Shown here piece after piece: positions 37,570 to 47,089 of a DNA stretch of 64,000 nt (position 1 is its first letter; every line of letters starts with the position of its first letter). A program made the position numbers and the translations under genes. Location of the stretch: positions 32,001 to 96,000 of the IMG/VR virus record IMGVR_UViG_3300048592_000962; one strand, 5' to 3'. The notes below the pieces were generated by a model. It was not told where the DNA came from. It did no database searches and saw nothing but the letters and a program-made list of their open reading frames with translations. This stretch comes from a virus.

Positions 37570-38433
37570 ATGAAGCGCCTGCTCTACCGCTCCGAGATTC
37601 GCCAGCGATTCGACAAGTCGACGCGCACCAGCTACCTGGTTTGCACCGACCCGAAGATCGACTTCTTCGAAGATCTGTACGGTTTGCCAGAGGGCGCGTT
37701 CTTCGCCGTGATGCACGACGAGGTGCCCTTCCCCGAAGAGGTTCAGGCCTTGGCGTCGCAGGCCGGCGTCGCGCCGCACGAACTCGTCGAGGGTCGTCAG
37801 CTTCTGCAAGCGGTGGTCGACGCGTTGCTCGCAAGCGCGATGGTGGATGCACCAATGCATCTTGCCGAGGTGGCGACGCCGGACGTCCGATGGGCGGACC
37901 ACGACCTGTACGTGCTGGAGCGCAAGCACCGCGAGGCAGTGGCGCGGGTGATGAATCTGCGTCGGGTGGTTGAGGGTCAGCTCCGGCTTCGGGCGAAGCT
38001 GGTGGGCGCGTCGGCTACGCCGGTGGTGGTTCGCGAGGAGATTCGGGAGGAGCCGGAGCCGGAGGTGAGGGAGGTGCAGATCGAGGGAGACTTCGAGACG
38101 TACGCTCCGACGGCCCGAGTCGTCGAAGAGGCCGTGGAGGCCGTGAAGTCCGCCCGCGAGGCGGAGCTACCCCAGCGGCTTCCGACAGGTGCGCGACGTC
38201 AACTGACGCGGATGCCTCCTGCGGCCTACGTGATTCGCGGCGATGTGATCGAGCCTCGGGTCGATCTTTGCGGGGCGATGGCCGACGCCCAAGCGGTCGG
38301 CCGAAAGGGGTCCGAGGCAGTTGTCGTCGATTGGGACGGCGAGTGGCCGGTCGTGGTTCGTCGGTACGGTGCCGATGGCCGCACGGTGTACAAGGTTGAA
38401 TCGGCGCTTCGCCGCCATGGAGGTGTTTTGTGA
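37570..38433 (+). CDS. hypothetical protein
   Basis: 287 aa, typical codon usage. Confidence 0.75.
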   Translation: MKRLLYRSEIRQRFDKSTRTSYLVCTDPKIDFFEDLYGLPEGAFFAVMHDEVPFPEEVQALASQAGVAPHELVEGRQLLQAVVDALLASAMVDAPMHLAEVATPDVRWADHDLYVLERKHREAVARVMNLRRVVEGQLRLRAKLVGASATPVVVREEIREEPEPEVREVQIEGDFETYAPTARVVEEAVEAVKSAREAELPQRLPTGARRQLTRMPPAAYVIRGDVIEPRVDLCGAMADAQAVGRKGSEAVVVDWDGEWPVVVRRYGADGRTVYKVESALRRHGGVL

Positions 38434-38660
38434 TCAGTTTCAAGAGCTACAAGAAGGAACTCGGCAGCCTCAACGATGACGAGCTTCTGGTGCTTGCCAC
38501 ATTGGTTGACGAGGTGGCGTACCAAGTCATGATCGGAGCCAGAGAAGGCGGATCTGCTGGTGCCATCGAAGCGTACCAGAATGTGTCGTTCGCTGTGCAC
38601 GACGAGGTCGGTGACTTCATCGAAAAGCGCCACGAGCGTATCGCGAAGAAGATGAAGTAG
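38430..38660 (+). CDS. hypothetical protein
   Basis: GGAGG RBS, coupled. Confidence 0.7.
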   Translation: MISFKSYKKELGSLNDDELLVLATLVDEVAYQVMIGAREGGSAGAIEAYQNVSFAVHDEVGDFIEKRHERIAKKMK

Positions 38661-38670
38661 CAGGCCGATC

Positions 38671-39072
38671 ATGGATGTATCAGCCATACTCGACGGCCTC
38701 GCAATAGTTGGAGGCAACGTTCGGTTTTACACACATGGCAATGAACGTGTTTGCGAGATCGAAGTCGCAGGCGCGGACTACACGGGTGCATCGCCACGTT
38801 CCGAACGCGATCGGATGTACACCGAGGCGCTTCGTCGCGCCGTGAAGGACATGCTCGACAGGCTCATTCCTGCGATGAGCGCTTTCCCGGAGCAAGTGTC
38901 GCGGGCGACATTGAACGACGAGCGTCGCACTGAGATGCTACATGAACTTGCTGTCACACAGAGCGAGACGATCATTGCATGGCTCGTGGAGTACAGCGGG
39001 TACTCTGTGACGAAGGCATTCGAGTCTGCGCACGGGCACTATCTCGCCTCAACCGGATACTGGGACAGGTGA
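38671..39072 (+). CDS. hypothetical protein
   Basis: 133 aa. Confidence 0.7.
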   Translation: MDVSAILDGLAIVGGNVRFYTHGNERVCEIEVAGADYTGASPRSERDRMYTEALRRAVKDMLDRLIPAMSAFPEQVSRATLNDERRTEMLHELAVTQSETIIAWLVEYSGYSVTKAFESAHGHYLASTGYWDR

Positions 39073-39076
39073 TCTC

Positions 39077-39346
39077 GTGAGCTACCACCGCGCACTTGGG
39101 ATGCCTTCTTTCACGCCGACAACCGCGTTCGCTCAGGCGGTCGATCCGTACTCGGGTAGGTTCAGCCCTCCCGGCGCGATCTACTCGCCGTACGGATGGG
39201 GTCCGGACTTCAACATCGGAATGCCATTCAACTACACGCATCACATCGGATACGAGAGGGTCCCGGCGCCGGCTCGTCGCACGCGGAAGATCGGTCCGAT
39301 GTACGACGTCCTCAGCGGCCTCGGTGGTACTCTTGCGGTACTCTGA
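39077..39346 (+). CDS. small putative virion protein
   Basis: MSYHRALG start; ends YDVLSGLGG. Confidence 0.65.
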   Translation: MSYHRALGMPSFTPTTAFAQAVDPYSGRFSPPGAIYSPYGWGPDFNIGMPFNYTHHIGYERVPAPARRTRKIGPMYDVLSGLGGTLAVL

Positions 39347-39361
39347 CGGGCGAGGTGGCTG

Positions 39362-39955
39362 GTGGCATCGCGGCGACGAAAGACGGCAAACGGTTTCGAT
39401 CTCATCGACGACATGATCGACTCGGCGGTGGGAACCGTCTTCGACCGCGTGGGCGAGGTGGTCGAGCGAACCCTGACGCAGCAGCGGGCCAACATGTCGC
39501 CCGAACAGCTGGCTGCCGAATACACGTGTGCCGCGTGCAGAAAGAGCTTCACGGTCAAGCACATCGAGATGATGCACCCGAGCAACGGCTACTGCCTGTG
39601 CAAGGGCTGCTTCAAGTTCCTGTGGAAGGCCGGCGAAGAGAAGGTTCGCGCTCTCGGAAAGAACGCTGCCCATCGAGCTGTTCAGGAGCCGCCTGCGTCT
39701 CCTGGGCCTGGACCGTCTGCCAGCGCGTCTACCGGGCCGGCGTCGGCGGGGGCGCTTCCATGGGTGGTTCTGGGTGTTTCCGAAGACGCGAGCGTCGAGG
39801 ACATCAAGAAGGCCTATCGAAAGCTCGCTGCTGTGTGGCATCCCGATCGCGTGCCTCCTGGGGCTCCGACCGAGGAGAAGCAGCGGGCTACGGAGAAGTT
39901 CCACGAGATCACTCGTGCGCGCGACGTGATGCTGAAGGTGAGGGGCATTGATTGA
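39362..39955 (+). CDS. Zn-finger plus C-terminal DnaJ-domain protein
   Basis: CxxC..CxxC; LGVSEDAS..IKKAYRKLAAVWHPDR..F.EI. Confidence 0.9.
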   Translation: MASRRRKTANGFDLIDDMIDSAVGTVFDRVGEVVERTLTQQRANMSPEQLAAEYTCAACRKSFTVKHIEMMHPSNGYCLCKGCFKFLWKAGEEKVRALGKNAAHRAVQEPPASPGPGPSASASTGPASAGALPWVVLGVSEDASVEDIKKAYRKLAAVWHPDRVPPGAPTEEKQRATEKFHEITRARDVMLKVRGID

Positions 39956-40326
39956 ATCTCTCCCCATACCGACGAGACATCCCGTTCGGCCAGGTTCCTG
40001 ACTACAAGACCTTCGTCAGGCATTCGTGGCTATTCGTCGACGAGCATGGTCACAGAGCGGTCACGAAGCCTCCGGTGATGTTCCAGATGAGATTCTCCGC
40101 CGAAGAGGCTGTAGTCGTAAGAGACTCTCTTGATTTTCTGCGCGCCTTCATCGAGAGATCTCGCGCTGCATTGTTTGTAGACGGCGCGACGCTGATACTT
40201 CAGGTGTACGACTTGGATGCGCTCCACGCTTTGGCGATGGCGGTATCCGCGAGGCACCCTGTTTCTGAGACGCATCGAAAAGTTGCCGAGAGTTTGATCT
40301 GGGCGCTGGGATTCAGGTGGGTGTGA
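39952..40326 (+). CDS. hypothetical protein
   Basis: 124 aa, coupled. Confidence 0.65.
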   Translation: MNLSPYRRDIPFGQVPDYKTFVRHSWLFVDEHGHRAVTKPPVMFQMRFSAEEAVVVRDSLDFLRAFIERSRAALFVDGATLILQVYDLDALHALAMAVSARHPVSETHRKVAESLIWALGFRWV

Positions 40327-41231
40327 TGCGATACGGTGACCGTGGAATCGATGTCGAGAACCTTCAGAAGGTTCTCATCTCTCGCGGCTATGAACTGCCT
40401 CAGTTCGGCGCGGATGGGCATTTGGGCGACGAGACGTGGGATGCGCTTCAGCGCTTCAGCCGCGATTCCGCTCTCGCGTGGGCTCCGGAAGTGCCGTTCG
40501 GGACGCTGGATGTGCTGATCAAGAAGAAGCCGTCGCCTCCGGTTGTGGCGCCGTTGCCGCCGGCAGCGACGGGTGAGCCGAAGGTTCCGTTTCTCGATCT
40601 GCGACACCTTCAGAAAGACCCTCATCCCAAGTCGAAGACGCAGGGGCATCGGACGGTTCGTCGTGCCCCATCGGCTGTGAACGCCATCACGATCCATCAG
40701 ACAGCCGTGAAGTTCTCGGTGACGAAGGCGCAGGTCGCAGCAGCCGGAGGAGACCGTCAGATGGCCCTCGGCCGCCGTGCGCTCAACGTCGCATGCCACG
40801 CCATGTCGTTCCACGACGGGTTCTTCGTCGCGGCGGCGCCGTTGGATTGGTACATCTACCACGGGAATGGGTTCAACCGGTTCGCGTTGGGGCTGGAGAT
40901 CGACGGTGTTTATCCGGGGCTGAAGGGTGGAAAGACCTGGAACGGAGACCCCGCGACCGAGCTGACGGATGCGTCGGTGTTGGCGGCACGAGAGGCCTTG
41001 CGCTGGCTCACGGAGAACGGCAGGAAGGCCGGCATGCCGATCGAATGGATTGACGCTCACCGGCAGTCCTCGGCGACACGTCGTTCCGATCCGGGGGAAG
41101 CTCTGTGGGAATCGGTCGTGCTCGATTACGCGGTGCCCGTGCTCGGACTGAAGACTCGCCCGAGCTACATCGTGGGAGACGGTCGCCCTGTCCCCACCGA
41201 GTGGGATCCGAACGGCGTCGGTCGCTACTGA
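40317..41231 (+). CDS. endolysin: PG-binding domain plus N-acetylmuramoyl-L-alanine amidase
   Basis: LQKVL..GADGHLGDET; ITIHQTA, HGNGFN..GLEIDG, AHRQS..DPG. Confidence 0.85.
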   Translation: MGVMRYGDRGIDVENLQKVLISRGYELPQFGADGHLGDETWDALQRFSRDSALAWAPEVPFGTLDVLIKKKPSPPVVAPLPPAATGEPKVPFLDLRHLQKDPHPKSKTQGHRTVRRAPSAVNAITIHQTAVKFSVTKAQVAAAGGDRQMALGRRALNVACHAMSFHDGFFVAAAPLDWYIYHGNGFNRFALGLEIDGVYPGLKGGKTWNGDPATELTDASVLAAREALRWLTENGRKAGMPIEWIDAHRQSSATRRSDPGEALWESVVLDYAVPVLGLKTRPSYIVGDGRPVPTEWDPNGVGRY

Positions 41232-41291
41232 GACTCCGTCACAGTCGTCTGGTACGATGGTCTGACCAATCGACACTCAGCGGAGGTACCC

Positions 41292-41651
41292 ATGGGCCCC
41301 TTGGATCTGTTCTTCGGCATCGCGCCTCTTCTTCTCGCCGGCATCATCTGGATGCTGGTTCAGCTGCTCAAGGCAGGCATCGACTACCGGCTCGGCCGAG
41401 AGAAGCGTCGAGAGAAAGTCTGGCTGACGCGCATCGTTCTACCTGCGATCCCGCCCGTGCTCGGGTTCGCCATCGCGATGTTTTTGCCGCTGCGACCGGA
41501 GTCTCTCGTCGACTTCGTGTCTCGTGCCGAGCTGAGCGACTGGCAGGCTCGTGCGGTGTACGGCGCGTGGGGCGCGGCAGTCGGCCAGTTCGCGGACTAC
41601 CTGTACAGCAAGCTCAAGTCGTTCATCCAAGACACGAGGCCTCAGCAGTGA
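41292..41651 (+). CDS. holin-like membrane protein
   Basis: 2-3 TMs, directly after the endolysin. Confidence 0.6.
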   Translation: MGPLDLFFGIAPLLLAGIIWMLVQLLKAGIDYRLGREKRREKVWLTRIVLPAIPPVLGFAIAMFLPLRPESLVDFVSRAELSDWQARAVYGAWGAAVGQFADYLYSKLKSFIQDTRPQQ

Positions 41652-41977
41652 AGCGCGTCTGGGATGCGCTGAAGAAGTGGGGCGCTGCGATTCTCGCGGC
41701 GCTCCTCTTCGTCGTGGGCGCGGGCTGGCTCTGGAATCGTCGCAAGGCACGTCGCATCGCGGATGCGCTGGCGGTCGAGAAGGCAACGAAGGAGATCGAA
41801 CGCCTTCGCGCAACGCGGGCACAGCTCGTCGAGCGCCTTGGTGAGAAGGACGAGGCGATCGAGGAGATCGACGCGGCGATCGAGGACAACAAAGCCGACA
41901 TCGTCGCCGCTTACGAAGACTTCGAGGAGATGACGACCGATGAAGTGGCTGACGTGTTTCGTCGTCTTGGTCTGTAG
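41648..41977 (+). CDS. spanin-like protein (N-terminal TM plus coiled coil)
   Basis: Topology and position in the lysis cassette. Confidence 0.5.
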   Translation: MKRVWDALKKWGAAILAALLFVVGAGWLWNRRKARRIADALAVEKATKEIERLRATRAQLVERLGEKDEAIEEIDAAIEDNKADIVAAYEDFEEMTTDEVADVFRRLGL

Positions 41978-42401
41978 CTCGGGGGCCCTTGCGCAGCCGG
42001 CGCTCCCGGCGGCAGATCTGCCGTGTGCTCCAGACGTGCTGGAGCCGCAGCGTCGAGCGGTCATTACCCACCAGGGTGCGACGGGGATTTGGTTTCACGC
42101 TGACGTTGCCCGCTGCATGGCCGAGCGCCTCTCCGTGCTTCCGCTCTACGCTGAGCGCGTGAGGCTACTGGAGCAGGCGTTGGAGCTGCGAGACCAGCGA
42201 CACGCGCTCGCCCTTCGCCAGGTGGAGGTCGTCTCGCAGAGCGAGCGCATCGCGGTGGAGGCCTTGGCGACGGCTGAGCGTCGGGCGAGGGAGTCGGAGG
42301 AGCGTGCGTCGAGGTGGTATCGGCACCCGGCGCTGTGGTTCCTCGTGGGTGTTGCGGTGACAGTTGGTGCTCAGATCGGAGTCTCCCAGCTGATCGAATA
42401 G
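41940..42401 (+). CDS. signal peptide, coiled coil and C-terminal TM protein (spanin-like)
   Basis: Overlaps the previous gene; lysis cassette context. Confidence 0.5.
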   Translation: MKWLTCFVVLVCSSGALAQPALPAADLPCAPDVLEPQRRAVITHQGATGIWFHADVARCMAERLSVLPLYAERVRLLEQALELRDQRHALALRQVEVVSQSERIAVEALATAERRARESEERASRWYRHPALWFLVGVAVTVGAQIGVSQLIE

Positions 42402-42413
42402 GAGAGGTTCCGC

Positions 42414-43772
42414 ATGCTGTTGGCAGACGCAAGGAGCGAACGAGAGGTGGAAGAGGCTCTCGCGGATGGCGATGAAGAGCTTCTTGCCGACATTGAGGAT
42501 CAGATCGACAATGCTGTCGAAGAGATCTCTCGCGACTTTGAGCACAACATAGAGCGCGAAGAATCCGATCTCAGAGAGCATGTCGAGCTGCTGGCCGAAG
42601 CGGTGCGCAAGGAGTCTCCGGTTGATCTTTCCAGCGTGCCTAACGAGTTTCTGGTGGATGAGATTTCCCAGGAGCTGGACGCGTTTGACGTAGAAGACGA
42701 TACCTGTCGCGGCAAGGTGTCCATCATGACGCTCGCGCACTCATACTACGTATGGGTTGATCCTTCTAGCTTCATTGAAAACGCAGAGTTGATTCCGCAG
42801 CACCAGGCCAATTCCTTCTACGAAAAGTTGGAAGAGGCTCTTGGCAGTTACAGCATGTCGTGGTCTCACGGGACGAACGCGCTTGAGGCTCAGTCTGCGT
42901 GGCTCGATGACTACCAAGGCGAGCCAAGTCGAGTTTGTATCGACGAGGACCGACTCACGGAAATATGCTACGACGCTGCGCGTTCGTGGATCCGAGAGCA
43001 TCTCAGGCGAGACCCATCAGCAGCTGTCGAAACATTTCTTCTCCAGCTCGCATCGTTTGACGCTCGGGTGTCGCGTCGGCTTCGAGATTCGTTGCCACCA
43101 GAGGCCGACATGCTGGAGTTGGCAGGCAACTGGTCGATGGCTGACGGCGACGAGGATAGAGAGCTTGTCGTTCAGGAGATCAACGACTACCTCGACGCGA
43201 TCACTGGGCCGCCAGGCGAAGAAATCGAGCGCTTTGACAGAGGCGACATTCGAGAAATGGGAATCTATCGCGGTACCTTGTACGAGAACGCCCCGTGGAT
43301 CCTCACGAAGCTTGCGCCGAGTCAACTGCGTGCTGAGGGCGTGATGATGAAGCACTGCGTCGGCGATCGAAGCATGGGCTACATCAAGCGTGTATCGGAT
43401 GGCGACATCGAGATTTGGAGTCTTCGCCGAGAGTCCGACAACAAACCAAGGTTTACGCTCGAAGTCGACAGCGCTGTGTACGACGAAGACGCGTCCCCCA
43501 GAGAGAGGGCCGGAAGCATCTTGCAGCTCAAGGGAACTGCCAATCGGCTCCCCGGGTACGACCGAAAGATGTCCCTTTCCGAGATGGGACAACCTACGAA
43601 GCCGGACGAGATCGTCTTTTGGGCCCGTGTGTTCGAGGGGCTCGGGATCGATCCGTATGCGGTGGATGACCTGGATCTGAATTCCGTCGAACCGGAGGAG
43701 ATCAAGTCTAATCGTGGCGCTCGGCGACAGGCTCGTTCTTTTGACGAGCCGAGTAGACCGCGACGAACCTAG
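42414..43772 (+). CDS. acidic protein with PcfJ-like C-terminal domain
   Basis: LRAEGVMMKHCVG..Y..IWSLR..FTLEV..QLKGTAN. Confidence 0.75.
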   Translation: MLLADARSEREVEEALADGDEELLADIEDQIDNAVEEISRDFEHNIEREESDLREHVELLAEAVRKESPVDLSSVPNEFLVDEISQELDAFDVEDDTCRGKVSIMTLAHSYYVWVDPSSFIENAELIPQHQANSFYEKLEEALGSYSMSWSHGTNALEAQSAWLDDYQGEPSRVCIDEDRLTEICYDAARSWIREHLRRDPSAAVETFLLQLASFDARVSRRLRDSLPPEADMLELAGNWSMADGDEDRELVVQEINDYLDAITGPPGEEIERFDRGDIREMGIYRGTLYENAPWILTKLAPSQLRAEGVMMKHCVGDRSMGYIKRVSDGDIEIWSLRRESDNKPRFTLEVDSAVYDEDASPRERAGSILQLKGTANRLPGYDRKMSLSEMGQPTKPDEIVFWARVFEGLGIDPYAVDDLDLNSVEPEEIKSNRGARRQARSFDEPSRPRRT

Positions 43773-43776
43773 CAGG

Positions 43777-44088
43777 TCAGCGACCCGTTTCGAGCTTGAG
43801 CCCGAGCCTCGTCGCTGCCCTGCGCCACCTGTTCTGGTACTCCGGGGTGAGCGCGCCCCATGCGTTCACGTTCACCGAGTCCTGGAGTTCCATTACCTCA
43901 CGAAACAACATCGCTGCCGGCTCCTCCACCTCTTCCAGCGCCGTCGTGATGCCGAGCATCTCACAGGAAGCGACCGAAAGCTTCAACGTGTCTCCGTTGC
44001 TGTGGGCTAGCCAAAGAGCACCATCCGCCTCTTTTGCAAGGAGCCCATCGGCCAGTAGTTCGCTGTAGCCTGGCTTCACTCGCTTCAT
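43777..44088 (-). CDS. hypothetical protein
   Basis: AGGAG RBS, 103 aa. Confidence 0.65.
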   Translation of the reverse strand: MKRVKPGYSELLADGLLAKEADGALWLAHSNGDTLKLSVASCEMLGITTALEEVEEPAAMLFREVMELQDSVNVNAWGALTPEYQNRWRRAATRLGLKLETGR

Positions 44089-44125
44089 ACTCTCGCTCTC
44101 CTATTTTTGAGAGTCCGCAGCGGAC

Positions 44126-44317
44126 TCAACTGCCGTTTCTTAGCAGCCGCAGAGCAACAAACAAGCCCCCCGCCACCAGCAGGACGGTGCTAGCTCCGAT
44201 CTTCGTCCCCGCATTCGCGTCGCCCATGCTGCCGCAGCAGGGTCCGCCGCAGCCGCAGTCGCCGCCCTGGAGGGGGTACCTGGCCGATCGCATTCCGTTG
44301 ATCTTCGTGTACGACAT
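44126..44317 (-). CDS. small Cys-rich membrane protein
   Basis: MSYTK..CGCGGPCCGSMGD, TM, LLRNGS. Confidence 0.65.
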   Translation of the reverse strand: MSYTKINGMRSARYPLQGGDCGCGGPCCGSMGDANAGTKIGASTVLLVAGGLFVALRLLRNGS

Positions 44318-44339
44318 GCCGGGATGATACCGTTGTGGG

Positions 44340-45116
44340 GTGACCCTCCTCAAGGTGGCATTGGGATACGTCGCATCGTCGTACGTGAAGGACCGCGTGG
44401 TGCGACCGCGGTCGTTGGGGCAGCTGGCGCGGAAGGCGGCAGATCGACGGGGCAAGCCGTTGCTGTTCATCCACGACAACGGCGTCATGCACCACCTCAT
44501 GGGCTGCCCCGTTCGAGCGGAAGTTCAGACCGGCACGGCGTTCCCGCTGCGCGCCCCGAGCAAGTCCTTTGGAGCGATCCTCGCGGTGGGGGTCCTGGAG
44601 CGCGCAAAGCGTCCGGCTGTCGTACTGCGGGAGTGGTATCGGGTTGCGGACGCGGTGTTTGTGGTGGTTCCTAGCTGGTGGTCGCCGCACGCATGGATCG
44701 ACCCGAGCGTGCGGTGGCTCATCGACCCTGGTCTGACCCGCGCGAGCCCTTTGTGGACGAACCAGCAGCGCCCCTGCTTGCTTGATGTGTCTGACAGTCG
44801 GTATGGTACGCAGCGATGCGCCCCGACGAAGACGAAGACCTTCCCGAGCAGACCGAGTCCGAACCTGCCGCAGACGAGCCCGACACGGGAGACGATGGCG
44901 TCGACGATGACGGAGGCGATGACGAGTCCGCCGGGGAGCCCGTGGAGTCAGGAGCCGTCGTCGATCGAGACGGGGGAGCTGGAGGAGTCCGACTTTCCTT
45001 CCTTGGTTCCCGCGAACGCTCAGTCGGAGGGCTCAGTCGCGAGCCCGCCTTTCGACTCGTGGAGCTACGCGAAGGACATCATGGTCATATCGTCGGAAGA
45101 GTTCGACGAGAGCTGA
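44340..45116 (+). CDS. degenerate SAM-methyltransferase-like protein
   Basis: FPLRAPSKSFGAILAVGVLE..VLREWYRV resembles the C-terminal half of Methyltransf_11; motif I is absent. Confidence 0.45.
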   Translation: MTLLKVALGYVASSYVKDRVVRPRSLGQLARKAADRRGKPLLFIHDNGVMHHLMGCPVRAEVQTGTAFPLRAPSKSFGAILAVGVLERAKRPAVVLREWYRVADAVFVVVPSWWSPHAWIDPSVRWLIDPGLTRASPLWTNQQRPCLLDVSDSRYGTQRCAPTKTKTFPSRPSPNLPQTSPTRETMASTMTEAMTSPPGSPWSQEPSSIETGELEESDFPSLVPANAQSEGSVASPPFDSWSYAKDIMVISSEEFDES

Positions 45117-45406
45117 TCGCGGCGATCTACAACCACGCCACGGCGAAGAAGTACGCTCAGTACGAGGCGCGCCAGATGCCGCAGGACGGGTCGCTACTGC
45201 TTCTTCTTCGGCCACAGGGGACGACGGCTCTGGTGCTGGTCGCCGGCACCGCACGCCCCGCCCCAGCATCGGTGGCCTCTCGTGCTCGCCGGCTTCTGCC
45301 TCACGTGCTTCCACAGGTCGCTCCGCAGCAGAAGCGCCGCACGAGCCGAGTACCGTCGACACAGCAGCCTCGGAAGCGCACGAGTCGAGCGCCGGCCCGC
45401 CGGTAG
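44816..45406 (+). CDS. hypothetical protein with acidic N-terminus and basic C-terminus
   Basis: Good codon usage; upstream TTGCTT-N18-TATGGT; overlaps the previous ORF. Confidence 0.65.
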   Translation: MRPDEDEDLPEQTESEPAADEPDTGDDGVDDDGGDDESAGEPVESGAVVDRDGGAGGVRLSFLGSRERSVGGLSREPAFRLVELREGHHGHIVGRVRRELIAAIYNHATAKKYAQYEARQMPQDGSLLLLLRPQGTTALVLVAGTARPAPASVASRARRLLPHVLPQVAPQQKRRTSRVPSTQQPRKRTSRAPARR

Positions 45407-45439
45407 GCTTTTGCTCCGCTCCGGGGTAACCTAGCGCTC

Positions 45440-46126
45440 ATGCTCTCTCAGATGGCACCGTACACGCCCAGTTTGTACCGCCCCGGCTCGGCGGCTCGAT
45501 ACCGTCGGTACCCGCGTCGAGTGGTCGCGAAGATCCCAGGCACGGGGTACTCAGTCGGCAAGATGCTGTGGGCGGAACAAGAGCTGAACCTCGACGGTTC
45601 GTCTCGTCCTCAGCCGTACGGCCAGTACGCGGCGGTGCCCCTTCGCGGGCTCGGCGCAGCCGTTCTGACGGCGCAGCAGGCGAATGCCGAGATGGGCTGG
45701 ACGCCGAAGAAGCTGAAGGCCTACTGGGACGCCCGAGCGCGAATGTGCCAGGGGTACGCCGACGAGGGGCAGTGCTTGGCCCGAGTCGCTCGGCACGTTC
45801 CCGTCACGTTCGCAGGCCTCGGTCAGTCGACGGGTTCGGCCACCCAGAACGTGATGACGCTGCTCGACGTGACGGCGGGTTTGATCCGAGACCCGGAGAC
45901 GACCCTTCGCACGAGGGGCCCGGCGATCGTGGCTGCCGCAGATCGACACGTCGTCAATCCGCTGTTCTCCCGAGTCGGCGATGCGCTCGCCCCGTACTTG
46001 ATCAAGTACGCGCTCCCCTCATTCGCTGTGCTGTACGTGCTCGGCGGTGTGAGCGCGTATTACTCCTATCGGACAGCGAAGAAGCTGAACGCGAACAAGA
46101 GAAGGCGCCGCAGTTCGCGTCGCTGA
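45440..46126 (+). CDS. putative virion membrane protein
   Basis: RGLGA, AGLGQ, TM, LNANKRRRR. Confidence 0.8.
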   Translation: MLSQMAPYTPSLYRPGSAARYRRYPRRVVAKIPGTGYSVGKMLWAEQELNLDGSSRPQPYGQYAAVPLRGLGAAVLTAQQANAEMGWTPKKLKAYWDARARMCQGYADEGQCLARVARHVPVTFAGLGQSTGSATQNVMTLLDVTAGLIRDPETTLRTRGPAIVAAADRHVVNPLFSRVGDALAPYLIKYALPSFAVLYVLGGVSAYYSYRTAKKLNANKRRRRSSRR

Positions 46127-46142
46127 AAGAAGAAGGCTGGGC

Positions 46143-46715
46143 ATGACGATTTCGAAGCGCGACGCGTTCGTGATGACGGCGGAGCAGGCTGCTGCTGGCC
46201 GTAAGATGTGGCAGCAGTCTGGTCAGGTGGGACGGCTCGTTCAGTCGACGATGAGCGCCGAAGACACGGCACCGAAGACCTGGATCCTCTGGGTGAACGC
46301 GCCATCTCCGAACTTCGACACGCTGGAGTGCGAGTTGTACACGGTGGGTCGCGCGTCCGATCCGACCGAGGGCATCGCGATGCTGGTCGGAATGTGCCCG
46401 AAGTGCGGGAACCACTTCTCTGTTCGAGAAGACAACAAGCAGATGCACGTCGACTGGGTGACGTACCGCGAGGCTTCGCGGTTTCTTCGGATGAACTTCG
46501 GGCGGCACATGCGCACCACGATGGGGCGCGACCCAAGGGATGATGACAAGATCCCGGTGGTTTCTTCTCCGGAACGGTGGGCGTGTGATTACTGCCGCGA
46601 GTGGTGTGTGCGCGTCGACCGCTCTGTCGCACGGAACGACTACTCCGGCGTGAACAAGATCATCGTCGACCAGAACGTTCCGATCATCGGGTCAGGCAAG
46701 AAGGACAGCGACTGA
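46143..46715 (+). CDS. Zn-finger hypothetical protein
   Basis: CPKC...CDYC. Confidence 0.75.
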   Translation: MTISKRDAFVMTAEQAAAGRKMWQQSGQVGRLVQSTMSAEDTAPKTWILWVNAPSPNFDTLECELYTVGRASDPTEGIAMLVGMCPKCGNHFSVREDNKQMHVDWVTYREASRFLRMNFGRHMRTTMGRDPRDDDKIPVVSSPERWACDYCREWCVRVDRSVARNDYSGVNKIIVDQNVPIIGSGKKDSD

Positions 46716-47089
46716 TGAGCTACCATCTTCCCGCTCAGCGTCGGCCGTTGGCCGATTCGGTTCACCCGGCCTACAGCCTTCAGCCGCTGCCGCCGAGCCC
46801 CACGACTCCGCTGGCGCAGGCACCTGCGCCAACGCAGGCGGCCGGCATGGACCCAATGACGAAGAAGATTCTGATCGGAATCGCTGTCGCAGTCGTCATC
46901 GCCGCCATCCTGTACTGGCTGGATCAGCAGAGCGGCGGCGCCTCGCGTCCGGTGAAGCGCAATCGGGGCACTGCGAAGAAGATGAGCACCGGGGAACTCG
47001 CCAAGAACCTCTACTCGCGCCTGGAGCGACGCGGCGGCGTTTCCGATACGACGATGCGCTCCCTGCGCGCTCTCAGCAAGAATGCGTGA
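46715..47089 (+). CDS. small membrane protein
   Basis: MSYH start, TM, VKRNRG. Confidence 0.75.
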   Translation: MSYHLPAQRRPLADSVHPAYSLQPLPPSPTTPLAQAPAPTQAAGMDPMTKKILIGIAVAVVIAAILYWLDQQSGGASRPVKRNRGTAKKMSTGELAKNLYSRLERRGGVSDTTMRSLRALSKNA

